Shown: positions 50,366-59,534, counted from the stretch's first letter. The stretch is 64,000 bases of DNA from an uncultured Clostridia bacterium (GCA_947589025.1 CANQAY010000004.1:32430-96429); one strand, 5' to 3'. Translations and numbers: made by a program. Notes: generated by a model from the letters alone, not told the origin.

Positions 50366-52902
50366 AAAATCAGTTATCAGCTATGATGACACAATATTTG
50401 CAAACAAAGGAACAATATAAAGATTGTATACTTTTTTATAGGCTTGGCGATTTTTACGAAATGTTTTACGATGATGCAATAGTGGCAAGTAAAGAGCTAG
50501 ATCTAACTTTAACAGGCAAAGATTGTGGCGTGGATGAGCGCGCTCCTATGTGCGGTGTTCCGTTTCATGCTTATGAGGGATATGCACAAAAACTTTTGCA
50601 AAAAGGCTATAAAGTGGCTATTTGTGAGCAAACCGATCAAATTGTTAACAAAGTTATGCAACGCGAAGTTGTGCGCATTATAACGCCCGGCACAGTAATA
50701 GACCCTTCTATGCTTAAAGATAATTGCAATTCATATATAATGTGTGTGTATAAAAATAAAGACACTATATCTTATGCATATTGTGATATTTCAACCGGAG
50801 AATTGAACGTTGGTGAATACACTGGCGATAATTTTATTAACTATGTTAATGATCAAATTGTGCGTGTTATGCCAAACGAAATTATTTGCAATGCCGAAAT
50901 GAACAACTTTTCAAAAGACATTTTATCTTGTCAAAATAATGATTATAAATTTGATTTATACAACGAATGGGCATTTAATTATAACAATGCCGAAAAAAAT
51001 GTTTTAAAGCAATATAATTTAAATTCGCTTAAGGGGTTTGATTTTAACCTAAAAAATTGCGTTATTGCTGTGGGAGCACTGCTTGAATATTTATATGAAA
51101 CGCAAAAACGTGAGCTTAAGCATTTAAACATGCCAAAATTGATTAAAGATGATCAATTTATGTATTTGGATACTAACACAAGGCGTAACCTAGAAATTGA
51201 GTCCACCATGCGGGATGGCACTAAATATGGTAGCTTGCTTTGGGTTTTGGATAAAACTTCCACCAATGGCGGCAGCAGGCTTTTAAGAAATTGGGTTCGT
51301 CAACCATTGCAAGATGAAGTAAAAATTAATGCCAGATTATCTATGGTTGAAACCCTTGTTAACAACAAAATGCTGCTAAATGATATTGATATGTCACTAT
51401 CGCACATACAAGATATTGAAAGAATTGTTGGGCGCATTGCATATGGCAACATAACCCCTAAAGAGTGCCTTGCATTGGCTGTTAGCCTGCAACAAACACC
51501 AAGTGTTAAAAAATGTTTGCAAATTTCTCACAACACTGAGTTTGAAAAACTGGCAGAGGACATTGTTGATACTTCCAGCATTGCAAACTTAATTTTGGCA
51601 ACATTATCTGAAAAGCAGCCTGCCGTTATGAAGGACGGGGGATACATTAGAGAAGGCTTTAATAAGCAACTTGACGAATATAGGAACATGAAACAAAATG
51701 CCGAAAACATCATTTTGCAAATGCAGCAACATGAGCGCGAAGCCACCGGCATTAAAAACCTAAAAATTGGTTATAACCGCGTTTTTGGTTACTATATTGA
51801 AGTTAATAAGCAATATAACAACCTTGTGCCTTTTTCTTATATAAGAAAACAAACCATTTCTAACAACGAACGATATATTACCGAAGAACTTAAAAAATTT
51901 GAAGAAGAAGTTTTAACAAGTAACGAAAATGCCTTAAAGCTTGAAGAAGTTATATTTAACGAACTTAAAACGCAGCTGTTGGCTAATACTGAAATTTTGC
52001 AAAAAGTGGCAACGGCCATTTCGGTGGTGGATTGCATAACCTCGCTTGCCAAAGTGGCAGCGGAAAATGACTACGTTAGGCCAACAATTTCAAAAGGCAA
52101 AGAAATAAACATTGTTGAAGGTAGGCACCCAGTTGTTGAAAAAATTAATAAATCTACCGATTTTATTCCTAACGATTGTTTACTAAACGAAAGTGACCAA
52201 CGCACCATCATTTTAACCGGCCCAAATATGGCAGGTAAATCCACATATATGCGCCAAGTTGCTTTAATAACTTATCTTGCCCATATTGGCAGTTTTGTTC
52301 CGGCAAAATCTGCCACAATTTCACTTGTGGATAGAATTTTTACCCGCATAGGTGCCAGTGATGATTTGGCTGTTGGGCAATCAACTTTTATGGTTGAAAT
52401 GATTGAAGTGGCCAACATTTTAAATTTTAGCACTAACAATAGTTTGATTATTTTGGATGAAGTTGGCAGGGGAACATCCACCTTTGATGGACTTTCTATA
52501 GCTTGGGCAGTGGTGGAATATTTATCTAAAAATTTGCATGCAAAAACGCTATTTGCAACCCATTATCACGAACTTATGCAGTTAGAAGGCAAATATGACG
52601 GCGTTAAAAATTTTTGCATTTCAATTAAAGAAATTGGCGGCAAACTTGTGTTTTTGCGTAAAATTATGCGGGGCAGTGCAACCAGAAGTTATGGCATTGA
52701 AGTGGCAAGTTTGGCTGGTTTGCCTAACACAGTAATTTCCCGCGCAAAGGAGTTAATTAAGGAATTGGAAAGCGAAAAACTAAACACTACTGAGCAAAAA
52801 TCTAGCGAAATTATAAACATGTTAAAAGAGATTGACATTAACAAATTATCACCACTTTCCGCATTTGACACCCTTGCACATTTGGTTGAAATGGTAAAAT
52901 AG
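50362..52902 (+). CDS. mutS: DNA mismatch repair protein MutS
   Basis: GDFYEMF, TGPNMAGKSTYMRQ, DRIFTRIGASD, STFMVEM, DEVGRGTS, FATHYHE. Confidence 0.99.
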   Translation: MKNQLSAMMTQYLQTKEQYKDCILFYRLGDFYEMFYDDAIVASKELDLTLTGKDCGVDERAPMCGVPFHAYEGYAQKLLQKGYKVAICEQTDQIVNKVMQREVVRIITPGTVIDPSMLKDNCNSYIMCVYKNKDTISYAYCDISTGELNVGEYTGDNFINYVNDQIVRVMPNEIICNAEMNNFSKDILSCQNNDYKFDLYNEWAFNYNNAEKNVLKQYNLNSLKGFDFNLKNCVIAVGALLEYLYETQKRELKHLNMPKLIKDDQFMYLDTNTRRNLEIESTMRDGTKYGSLLWVLDKTSTNGGSRLLRNWVRQPLQDEVKINARLSMVETLVNNKMLLNDIDMSLSHIQDIERIVGRIAYGNITPKECLALAVSLQQTPSVKKCLQISHNTEFEKLAEDIVDTSSIANLILATLSEKQPAVMKDGGYIREGFNKQLDEYRNMKQNAENIILQMQQHEREATGIKNLKIGYNRVFGYYIEVNKQYNNLVPFSYIRKQTISNNERYITEELKKFEEEVLTSNENALKLEEVIFNELKTQLLANTEILQKVATAISVVDCITSLAKVAAENDYVRPTISKGKEINIVEGRHPVVEKINKSTDFIPNDCLLNESDQRTIILTGPNMAGKSTYMRQVALITYLAHIGSFVPAKSATISLVDRIFTRIGASDDLAVGQSTFMVEMIEVANILNFSTNNSLIILDEVGRGTSTFDGLSIAWAVVEYLSKNLHAKTLFATHYHELMQLEGKYDGVKNFCISIKEIGGKLVFLRKIMRGSATRSYGIEVASLAGLPNTVISRAKELIKELESEKLNTTEQKSSEIINMLKEIDINKLSPLSAFDTLAHLVEMVK

Positions 52903-52909
52903 GAGAATT

Positions 52910-54730
52910 ATGGCAATTAATATTTTAGATAGTTTTATTATTAACAGAATTTCCGCTGGCGAAGTGGTGGAAAGCCCTTTTTCTATTGTAAAGGAGTTAA
53001 TGGATAATTCACTTGATGCCAACGCAACTAAAATTACTGTGGAAATAAAAAATGGCGGAATAGACCAAATTATAGTTAAAGATAACGGCAAGGGGATAGA
53101 TAAAGAAGATATGATTAAAGCTTTTATGCCTCACGCAACAAGCAAAATTAAGGATGTTGACGATTTATCTAGTATTGCAACGCTTGGTTTTAGGGGGGAA
53201 GCTTTAGCCAGCATTTCCAATGTTAGCCAAACAAGCTTGTTAACCAAAACTAAAAATGTTGACACCGCCTATTATTTGGAGATTAATGGCGGCAAATTTG
53301 GTGAAATTACCGCTTCTTCAAGTGAAAACGGCACCAAAATAGAAGTAAATAATTTGTTTTTTAACACTCCGGCAAGGCGAAAATTCCTTAAAAAGCCAAA
53401 GCAGGAAGAAAATCAAATAACAAATATCGTATCCCGCTATATTTTAGCACATCCAACAATTCAATTTAAATATATTGTGGATGGCAAAACGATATTTAAC
53501 AAATCAGGCACAGATTTACTTAGTGCAATAGAAACGGTATATGATGTAGAAACCACACAAAATATTGTTTATGTTGAAAAACAAGTTGGCAATATTAAGC
53601 TTTTTGGCTATGTGTCAAAAGTGGGTTATAGCAAACCTAACACAACCTATCAAACACTTATAATAAATGGCAGATATGTTATTGATGAAATAGTCTCCAA
53701 GGCTGTTTATATGGCTTTTGAAGAATATTTAATGACAAGGCAATTCCCTTTTTACGTGCTAAACATAGAAATGCCAAATGTTGATGTTGATGTAAATGTG
53801 CACCCAAGCAAACTTAACGTTAAATTTGCAAGCCCAAGCAAAATTTATGATGTAGTTTACACCGCAGTGAAAGAGGCAGTGTTCAGGCAAATTAACCCAA
53901 CAGTGGCAACTGTTAATAATTACAATTACACAAAGCCAGAAGAAAATTTAATTAAAACGGACATAAATTCTTTAAAAGAAATATCTATAGACCCTAACCC
54001 AATAACACCAAATATAAATAAAACTATAGAATTAAGGCAAACCAGCTTTTCACCTATAACGATGTTCGATTTAAAAAAGGAACTAGAGCCTTTAAAAGCC
54101 GATGATGCACCTAAGGATGAGCCTAAGCAAAATGAACTGGTTAGTGTTAATAATTTTTTAGATTATAAAATTGTTGGTGAATTATTTAATGAGTTTTTAA
54201 TTCTTGAAAAAGATGAAACCATGATTTTACTAGATTTTCATGCCGGTCATGAACGATTGAATTATGACAAATTTACTAACATGGTAAAAAATAGGGCAGT
54301 TGTTCAACAGGATTTGCTTATACCTTACACACAGCAACTTTCTAAAATTGAAATAGATTTTATTATGAATTTAAAGCCACAATTAAACGAGCTGGGTTTT
54401 GATATTGGTGAATTTGGAGATAATAAAATTATTATAAACACTGTGCCAATGCAGTTAAAGGATATTGACCTTAAAGCCTTTGTAGACGATTTATTGCATG
54501 ATTTAAAAAATTTTAAGCCTACCTTAAACAACGAAATAAGGCATTATTTAATGCAAAAGGCATGCAAAAGCAGCGTAAAATCTGGCATGAAACTTTCTAA
54601 TATGGAAATAAATGAGCTATTAAAGGATTTAGATTTAAAAAATCCGGTTCTTTTGTGTCCGCATGGCAGACCGGTTATAACCGTGCTGCCAAAATCTCAA
54701 ATAGAAAAATGGTTTAGGCGTATTGTATGA
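52910..54730 (+). CDS. mutL: DNA mismatch repair endonuclease MutL
   Basis: AGEVVE, HATSK, LGFRGEAL, DVNVHP, endonuclease DFHAGHER, ACK, CPHGRP. Confidence 0.98.
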   Translation: MAINILDSFIINRISAGEVVESPFSIVKELMDNSLDANATKITVEIKNGGIDQIIVKDNGKGIDKEDMIKAFMPHATSKIKDVDDLSSIATLGFRGEALASISNVSQTSLLTKTKNVDTAYYLEINGGKFGEITASSSENGTKIEVNNLFFNTPARRKFLKKPKQEENQITNIVSRYILAHPTIQFKYIVDGKTIFNKSGTDLLSAIETVYDVETTQNIVYVEKQVGNIKLFGYVSKVGYSKPNTTYQTLIINGRYVIDEIVSKAVYMAFEEYLMTRQFPFYVLNIEMPNVDVDVNVHPSKLNVKFASPSKIYDVVYTAVKEAVFRQINPTVATVNNYNYTKPEENLIKTDINSLKEISIDPNPITPNINKTIELRQTSFSPITMFDLKKELEPLKADDAPKDEPKQNELVSVNNFLDYKIVGELFNEFLILEKDETMILLDFHAGHERLNYDKFTNMVKNRAVVQQDLLIPYTQQLSKIEIDFIMNLKPQLNELGFDIGEFGDNKIIINTVPMQLKDIDLKAFVDDLLHDLKNFKPTLNNEIRHYLMQKACKSSVKSGMKLSNMEINELLKDLDLKNPVLLCPHGRPVITVLPKSQIEKWFRRIV

Positions 54731-55629
54731 AAAAGGTAGTAATTATTACTGGGCTAACATGCTCGGGCAAAAGTGAACTTGCTTTTAAATTAGCCAAGCA
54801 GTTTAATGGTGAAATAATTTCAGCTGACAGTGTTCAAATTTACAAAGGATTAAACATTGGCAGCGCTAAAGTTGATGCCAAATATAGAAAAATAATACCT
54901 CATCACCTTATTGACATTAGGGCAGCAGACGAAAGTTATAATGTTAACAATTTTGTATTAGATTGCCAAAAATCAATAGATTGTATATTTAATAAAAATA
55001 AAACACCATTTATTGTGGGCGGAACAGGGCTATATGTTAAAGCACTTATTTCGGGTTACACATTTGGAGGTTTAGCTACAAGCGATAATAGGGAAAAGTA
55101 TGAAAAACTTGCAGCCGAAAAAGGCAATGAATATGTTTGGCAGATTTTAAATAAAATTAACCCAAACAAAGCTAAATCCGTGCACCCAAATAACATTAAA
55201 CGTGTTATAAGATACATTGAAATTGAACAATCTGGGGAAACACCCAATAAGTCAGTAAGCATTTTAAACAATATTGATTATCTAGCTGTGGGCATAATTG
55301 ATGATAGAGATACAATATATGGCAAAATAAACGACCGTGTTGACAAAATGATAAATGCCGGGTTGCAAAGTGAAGTAAAAACATTAATTAATTCAGGTGC
55401 AAAGCGAAACTGGCAATCTATGACCTCCATAGGATACAAAGAGTGGTTTGACTTTTTTGAGGGCAAAACCGATTTAAACACAACCGTTGACCTTATAAAA
55501 CAGCATACAAGGAATTATTGCAAACGCCAACTAACCTTTTTAAAAACAATGCCTGAGCTTAAACTGTGCACAATTGACGAAGCGGAAAAATTAATTAAGG
55601 AGTTTTTGAATGATCAAAATAAAAAATGA
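54727..55629 (+). CDS. miaA: tRNA dimethylallyltransferase
   Basis: G.TCSGKS, ADSVQIY, IGSAK, VGGTGLY, IGYKE, TRNYCKRQ. Confidence 0.97.
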   Translation: MKKVVIITGLTCSGKSELAFKLAKQFNGEIISADSVQIYKGLNIGSAKVDAKYRKIIPHHLIDIRAADESYNVNNFVLDCQKSIDCIFNKNKTPFIVGGTGLYVKALISGYTFGGLATSDNREKYEKLAAEKGNEYVWQILNKINPNKAKSVHPNNIKRVIRYIEIEQSGETPNKSVSILNNIDYLAVGIIDDRDTIYGKINDRVDKMINAGLQSEVKTLINSGAKRNWQSMTSIGYKEWFDFFEGKTDLNTTVDLIKQHTRNYCKRQLTFLKTMPELKLCTIDEAEKLIKEFLNDQNKK

Positions 55630-56854
55630 TACTTTAAAATTTTTAAACGAATGCGAAAAAGAATGCCAGCAGCAATTTGAACAAATTGCTAAAATTGAAT
55701 TTGATAATCAACTAAAGGTGCTTAACGCCTTTAATGAGGCGGGGGTAGAGGCTCGCCATTTTATAGGAAGCACAGGTTATGGTCATAATGATATTGGCAA
55801 AGAGAAGCTGTGTGAAGTTTTTGCCCGGGTTTTTAATGCCGAATCCGCATTTGTAACCCCTTTAATAAGTTGCGGCACAGAAGCAATTAGCCAAACGTTG
55901 TTTGGGCTACTGCGCCCAACAGATAGTATGCTTTGCATAAGCGGCACACCATATGACACTTTAAAATCAGTAATACACGGCCAAGAGGGTAAAGATATTG
56001 GTTCACTTAAAGATTACAATATAAAATATAGCGAAGTTGCTTTAAAGTACAACGATTTTGACCTGCCAGCCATAATAAAAGCAGTTAAAAGCAAAAACCC
56101 AAAACTTATTTATATTCAACGTTCGCGCGGGTATTCGCTTAGAAATGCCCTTAACATATCTCAAATTGAAAACGCCATTAAAGCAATTAGGCAATCTGGC
56201 TGCAAGGCGTATGTTGTTGTGGATAACTGTTATGGCGAGTTTACAGAGACCAAAGAGCCAACCGATGTTGGGGCAGATATTGTGGTAGGTTCACTTTTAA
56301 AGAACATGGGTGGGGGCATAGCACCTACAGGCGGGTATATCGCCGGCAAGCAGAATTTGGTTGAAAAGGTGGTTTTTAAAGCCATGAGCCCCGCATTAAG
56401 TTCAGATAATGGCTCGTACGAATTAGGGTATAAGGCATTTTTTGAAGGGTTGTTCGTTTCACCACATGTGGTGGCAGAGGCAAAAAAGTTAACCGTTCTT
56501 GCGAGCTATTCGTTATCAAAACTAGGGTATGAAACCAACCCTAAACCGGGCGACAAACTTTCTGACATTGTCTGCTGCATCAATTTTAAGGATAAATCTA
56601 AACTTATAAATTTCACTAGGGCAATTCAATACGCCAGCGCAGTTGACAGCAATTCCACATTAGAGGCCGGTGATATGGACGGCTATGAAGACAAAATTAT
56701 AATGGCCAGCGGAAGTTTTAATCAGGGCAGCAGCATAGAACTAAGTTGCGATGGCCCAATCCGTCCGCCATACGCAGCATTCCTTCAAGGCTCGCTAAGC
56801 TACGCCCATGGCAAAATAGGATTAGCTTATGCAATAGAAAAATCCCTCCTTTAG
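55610..56854 (+). CDS. ynbB: YnbB / methionine gamma-lyase family (aluminium resistance) PLP protein
   Basis: STGYG..D.G, G.PYDTL, IQRSRGY, DNCYGEF, GSLLKN.GGGIAPTGGY, SIELS.DGP. Confidence 0.9.
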   Translation: MIKIKNDTLKFLNECEKECQQQFEQIAKIEFDNQLKVLNAFNEAGVEARHFIGSTGYGHNDIGKEKLCEVFARVFNAESAFVTPLISCGTEAISQTLFGLLRPTDSMLCISGTPYDTLKSVIHGQEGKDIGSLKDYNIKYSEVALKYNDFDLPAIIKAVKSKNPKLIYIQRSRGYSLRNALNISQIENAIKAIRQSGCKAYVVVDNCYGEFTETKEPTDVGADIVVGSLLKNMGGGIAPTGGYIAGKQNLVEKVVFKAMSPALSSDNGSYELGYKAFFEGLFVSPHVVAEAKKLTVLASYSLSKLGYETNPKPGDKLSDIVCCINFKDKSKLINFTRAIQYASAVDSNSTLEAGDMDGYEDKIIMASGSFNQGSSIELSCDGPIRPPYAAFLQGSLSYAHGKIGLAYAIEKSLL

Positions 56855-56871
56855 GTGGGATTTATTTTTTT
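56840..56871 (+). terminator. Intrinsic terminator after ynbB
   Basis: AAATCCCTCC-TTTA-GGTGGGATTT plus T run. Confidence 0.7.
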
Positions 56872-57005
56872 GCAAAAAATGCGGGTTTTCTTGCATTGGG
56901 GCATTTGGGTCCAAGGTGCAAGAAAACGGCTTTTTCTTTATCTATTATCTCCAAATATCCATTAGGGTAGGGCTAATAAGCATTATCAAACGCCTTAAAA
57001 GCCAC

Positions 57006-57153
57006 TGTGCATAACTGTGCATAACTATGGGGCAGTGCGGAAAGTTTTATCCATATCTTTGCGTAAAAGCCTTCTTTTACGCAAAGATTGTGCCAAAAAT
57101 GGCCTAATTTGTGTGGAAAACACCAAATTTGTCCACAGCCAGCCAGTTGATAA
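57006..57153. promoter_or_regulatory. Cluster of DnaA-box-like 9-mers
   Basis: TGTGCATAA (57006, 57016), TTATCCATA (57047), TGTGGAAAA (57112), TTGTCCACA (57129), each one mismatch from TTATCCACA; AGTTGATAA (57145) two mismatches. Confidence 0.65.
57055..57088. other. Candidate dif-type recombination site
   Basis: ATCTTTGCGTAAAA-GCCTTC-TTTTACGCAAAGAT, perfect 14-bp arms with a 6-bp spacer; arm recurs at 57440, 57498 and 59505; about 2.4 kb from a tyrosine recombinase gene. Confidence 0.65.
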
Positions 57154-57280
57154 CTTTAAGCATGTTTAAAACATGTTTGGCTCGTCAGCCAAAATTGGCA
57201 CTGCAAAAAAACGACTTTTTGTAAACTTCGTTAATTAATTAATTTTGCAACAAAACGCCATTTTCTTGCACGGCTCAAAT

Positions 57281-57413
57281 TTGCAAGTTAACCAATTGTT
57301 CATCTTATTGTTCCGCAATTCGTCTCACGGCAGATCTCTTAACCCCATCGGCTGACCGATTGCTGACTTATATTATTATTTCAATTTTTAAATAATTTGG
57401 TTAAAGCTGGCAA
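57281..57413. ncRNA. Candidate structured non-coding RNA (long hairpin with central bubble)
   Basis: Pairings 57281-57300/57391-57413, 57315-57324/57354-57363, 57329-57335/57347-57353; no family recognised; strand unknown. Confidence 0.3.
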
Positions 57414-57439
57414 TTATCAGCGGAAAACCGCGAAATATC

Positions 57440-57511
57440 ATCTTTGCGTAAAAACTGCTTAAAAATTATATTCAAATAATATCAACTATTAAACAACATC
57501 TTTGCGTAAAA
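57440..57511 (+). repeat. Two lone half-sites ATCTTTGCGTAAAA
   Basis: Exact copies at 57440-57453 and 57498-57511. Confidence 0.85.
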
Positions 57512-57533
57512 AAATCGGCTTATGCCGATTTTA
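57508..57533 (-). terminator. Terminator of serS
   Basis: AAAATCGGC-TTAT-GCCGATTTT with a T run on the minus strand. Confidence 0.75.
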
Positions 57534-57534
57534 A

Positions 57535-58818
57535 TTATTTTACCTTAATAACTTTTGTTCCGCCCATATATGGCCAAAGAACTTTTGGTATTGTTACGCT
57601 GCCATCCTTTTGCAGGTGGTTTTCCACAAAAGCAATCAGCATTCTAGGTGGCGCCACAACAGTGTTGTTTAATGTGTGGGCAAACTGATTACCCTTCTCC
57701 GTCTTATATCTTATGCCCAACCTACGCGCCTGTGCATCGGTTAAATTGCTGCAAGAGCCAACTTCAAAATATTTTTTCTGCCTTGGGCTCCATGCCTCAA
57801 CATCCAAGCTGCGATATTTTAAATCAGCCAAATCGCCCGAGCAGCAAACCAATGTGCGAACAGGTATTTCCATAGAAACAAACAACTCAACTGTATACTG
57901 CCACATTTTTTTATACCATTCTTCACTTTCTTCCGGCTTGCAGATAACCACCATCTCTTGTTTTTCAAACTGGTGAATGCGGTAAATCCCTCTTTCTTCC
58001 AAGCCGTGGGCGCCCTTTTCTTTTCTAAAGCAAGGGCTGTAAGAAGTTAAAGTTATTGGCAATTTTTCTTCTGGAATTATGGTATCCATAAATCGTCCAA
58101 TCATGGAATGCTCACTTGTGCCAATTAAATAAAGGTCTTCCCCTTCAATTTTGTACATCATGTTGCCCATCTCTTCAAAACTCATAACGCCTTGAACAAC
58201 ATTGCCGTGAATCATAAATGGCGGTATAACATAAGTAAAGCCCTTGTTTATCATAAAATCTCGCGCATAAGATAAAATTGCACTATGAAGCCTAGCAATA
58301 TCCCCGGTTAAATAATAAAAGCCTTGGCCTGATGTACGCCTAGCACTGTCAACGTCAATTCCGTCAAGCTTTTCCAAAATTTCGGTGTGATAAGGTATAT
58401 CAAAATCGGGCAGTTTAGCTTCCAAAAAGGTTTCCGCCTGAACATTTTTGCTATCGTCTTCACCAATTGGCACATCGTCTGCAATAATGTTTGGTATGCT
58501 CATCATGTTTTGCTTAATTTTGGCATCTAACTCAGCCGTCTCTTTTTCAATAACTGCAATACGCTCGTTATTCTTAACCACTTGGGCTTTAATTTTTTCG
58601 GCTTCATCTCGTTTGCCGACTTTCATTAAAACGCCAATTTCACCAGAAAGACTATTGCGCTTTGCACGCAATTCATCCCCTTCTTGTTTTAAAAGGCGCA
58701 CTTTTTTATCTAATTCAAGCACCTCATCAACAAGCGGCAATTTATGATTTTGAAATTTTTTCTTTATATTTTCTTTAACTTTTTCAGGGTTAGTTCTTAT
58801 TAAATTAATATCTATCAT
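57535..58818 (-). CDS. serS: Seryl-tRNA synthetase
   Basis: MIDI.LIR, IPN, YLIGTSEH, CFRKE.GA, RIHQF.KQE, EVGSCSN, HTLNNT. Confidence 0.97.
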   Translation of the reverse strand: MIDINLIRTNPEKVKENIKKKFQNHKLPLVDEVLELDKKVRLLKQEGDELRAKRNSLSGEIGVLMKVGKRDEAEKIKAQVVKNNERIAVIEKETAELDAKIKQNMMSIPNIIADDVPIGEDDSKNVQAETFLEAKLPDFDIPYHTEILEKLDGIDVDSARRTSGQGFYYLTGDIARLHSAILSYARDFMINKGFTYVIPPFMIHGNVVQGVMSFEEMGNMMYKIEGEDLYLIGTSEHSMIGRFMDTIIPEEKLPITLTSYSPCFRKEKGAHGLEERGIYRIHQFEKQEMVVICKPEESEEWYKKMWQYTVELFVSMEIPVRTLVCCSGDLADLKYRSLDVEAWSPRQKKYFEVGSCSNLTDAQARRLGIRYKTEKGNQFAHTLNNTVVAPPRMLIAFVENHLQKDGSVTIPKVLWPYMGGTKVIKVK

Positions 58819-58892
58819 AAATACTCCATTTCTTATTATACAAAAAAAAGCGCACTTTGTAAATCAAAATGCGAATTTTTTTAGATTTCTTG

Positions 58893-59411
58893 TTAAAGTA
58901 TTTCATCGCTTAAAAATGTGTTAAATGCGGTTAAAAATAAATCTTGGTCAACTGTCATGCCCGCCTTTTCTGCTTTTTCAGCATCTTTTAAGCGGCCAGC
59001 GTGCGCGCTAAATGTCCTATTTATGCTTGTGGCAATTGCGTTAGAAAACTTTTCAGCAAAAAGTTCGTTATGCTTTTGATATAAGTGATCGGTATCAGCA
59101 ATTAACTTCTCTGCCCTCTTTTCTGGCATGCCAGTAAATATAGACACTAATTGAGCATTGGTTAAATCGTCTTTTAGCTTATTTTCTTTTGCTTTAATAA
59201 GTTGCAACACAACACTAAATTTTAATTGGCAATAATGAGTTAAAACATACATTGCATTTTTAAATTTTTTATTGCAGAATTCAACAATGTTGTTATACCC
59301 TAAACCATATTTCTTTTCTATATCAATTAATTTATTAATATCTGATCTTTCAATTTCAGTTAAATGCATCAATTCTTCTAAGCCCTTTTTTCTTAACATT
59401 TCATTATCCAT
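58893..59411 (-). CDS. Hypothetical protein
   Basis: 172-aa ORF, GGAGG SD, perfect TTGACA-N17-TATAAT promoter at 59433-59461 (minus strand). Confidence 0.75.
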   Translation of the reverse strand: MDNEMLRKKGLEELMHLTEIERSDINKLIDIEKKYGLGYNNIVEFCNKKFKNAMYVLTHYCQLKFSVVLQLIKAKENKLKDDLTNAQLVSIFTGMPEKRAEKLIADTDHLYQKHNELFAEKFSNAIATSINRTFSAHAGRLKDAEKAEKAGMTVDQDLFLTAFNTFLSDEIL

Positions 59412-59499
59412 AATTCCTCCAAAGTTGTTAATATTATAAATTAATAATAAAAATATGTCAATTAATTTATAAAAAATAACAAAACACGCCTACAAATGT

Positions 59500-59528
59500 T
59501 TGTTTTTTACGCAAAGATGGTGTAAAAT
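59500..59528 (+). promoter_or_regulatory. Promoter of the recombinase gene, containing a dif-like half-site
   Basis: TTGTTT-N17-TAAAAT; TTTTACGCAAAGAT at 59505-59518; ATG 6 nt after the -10. Confidence 0.6.
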
Positions 59529-59534
59529 AAAATT

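Larger units (their letters stand above)
56871..57270. repeat. Four copies of the 25-bp imperfect palindrome TGCAAnAAAA-N5-TTTTnTTGCA
   Basis: Copies at 56871-56895, 56917-56941, 57202-57226 (right arm degenerate), 57246-57270. Confidence 0.7.

Noticed and set aside
56218-56226. Perfect DnaA box TGTGGATAA inside ynbB (similar ones inside other genes)
   Set aside because: Explained by Val-Asp (GTG GAT) codon pairs; not clustered
56746-56970. 74-aa ORF running from ynbB into the intergenic region
   Set aside because: It crosses the ynbB terminator and repeat motifs; no start signals
57006-57250. oriC call for the DnaA-box cluster
   Set aside because: Genes converge rather than diverge, there is no dnaA/dnaN context, and a dif-like site and Xer-like gene are present; kept only as an alternative
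56871-57511. Repeats as a CRISPR array or MITE/IS remnant
   Set aside because: Spacing is irregular, units are palindromic binding-site-like motifs, and there is no cas gene, transposase or target duplication
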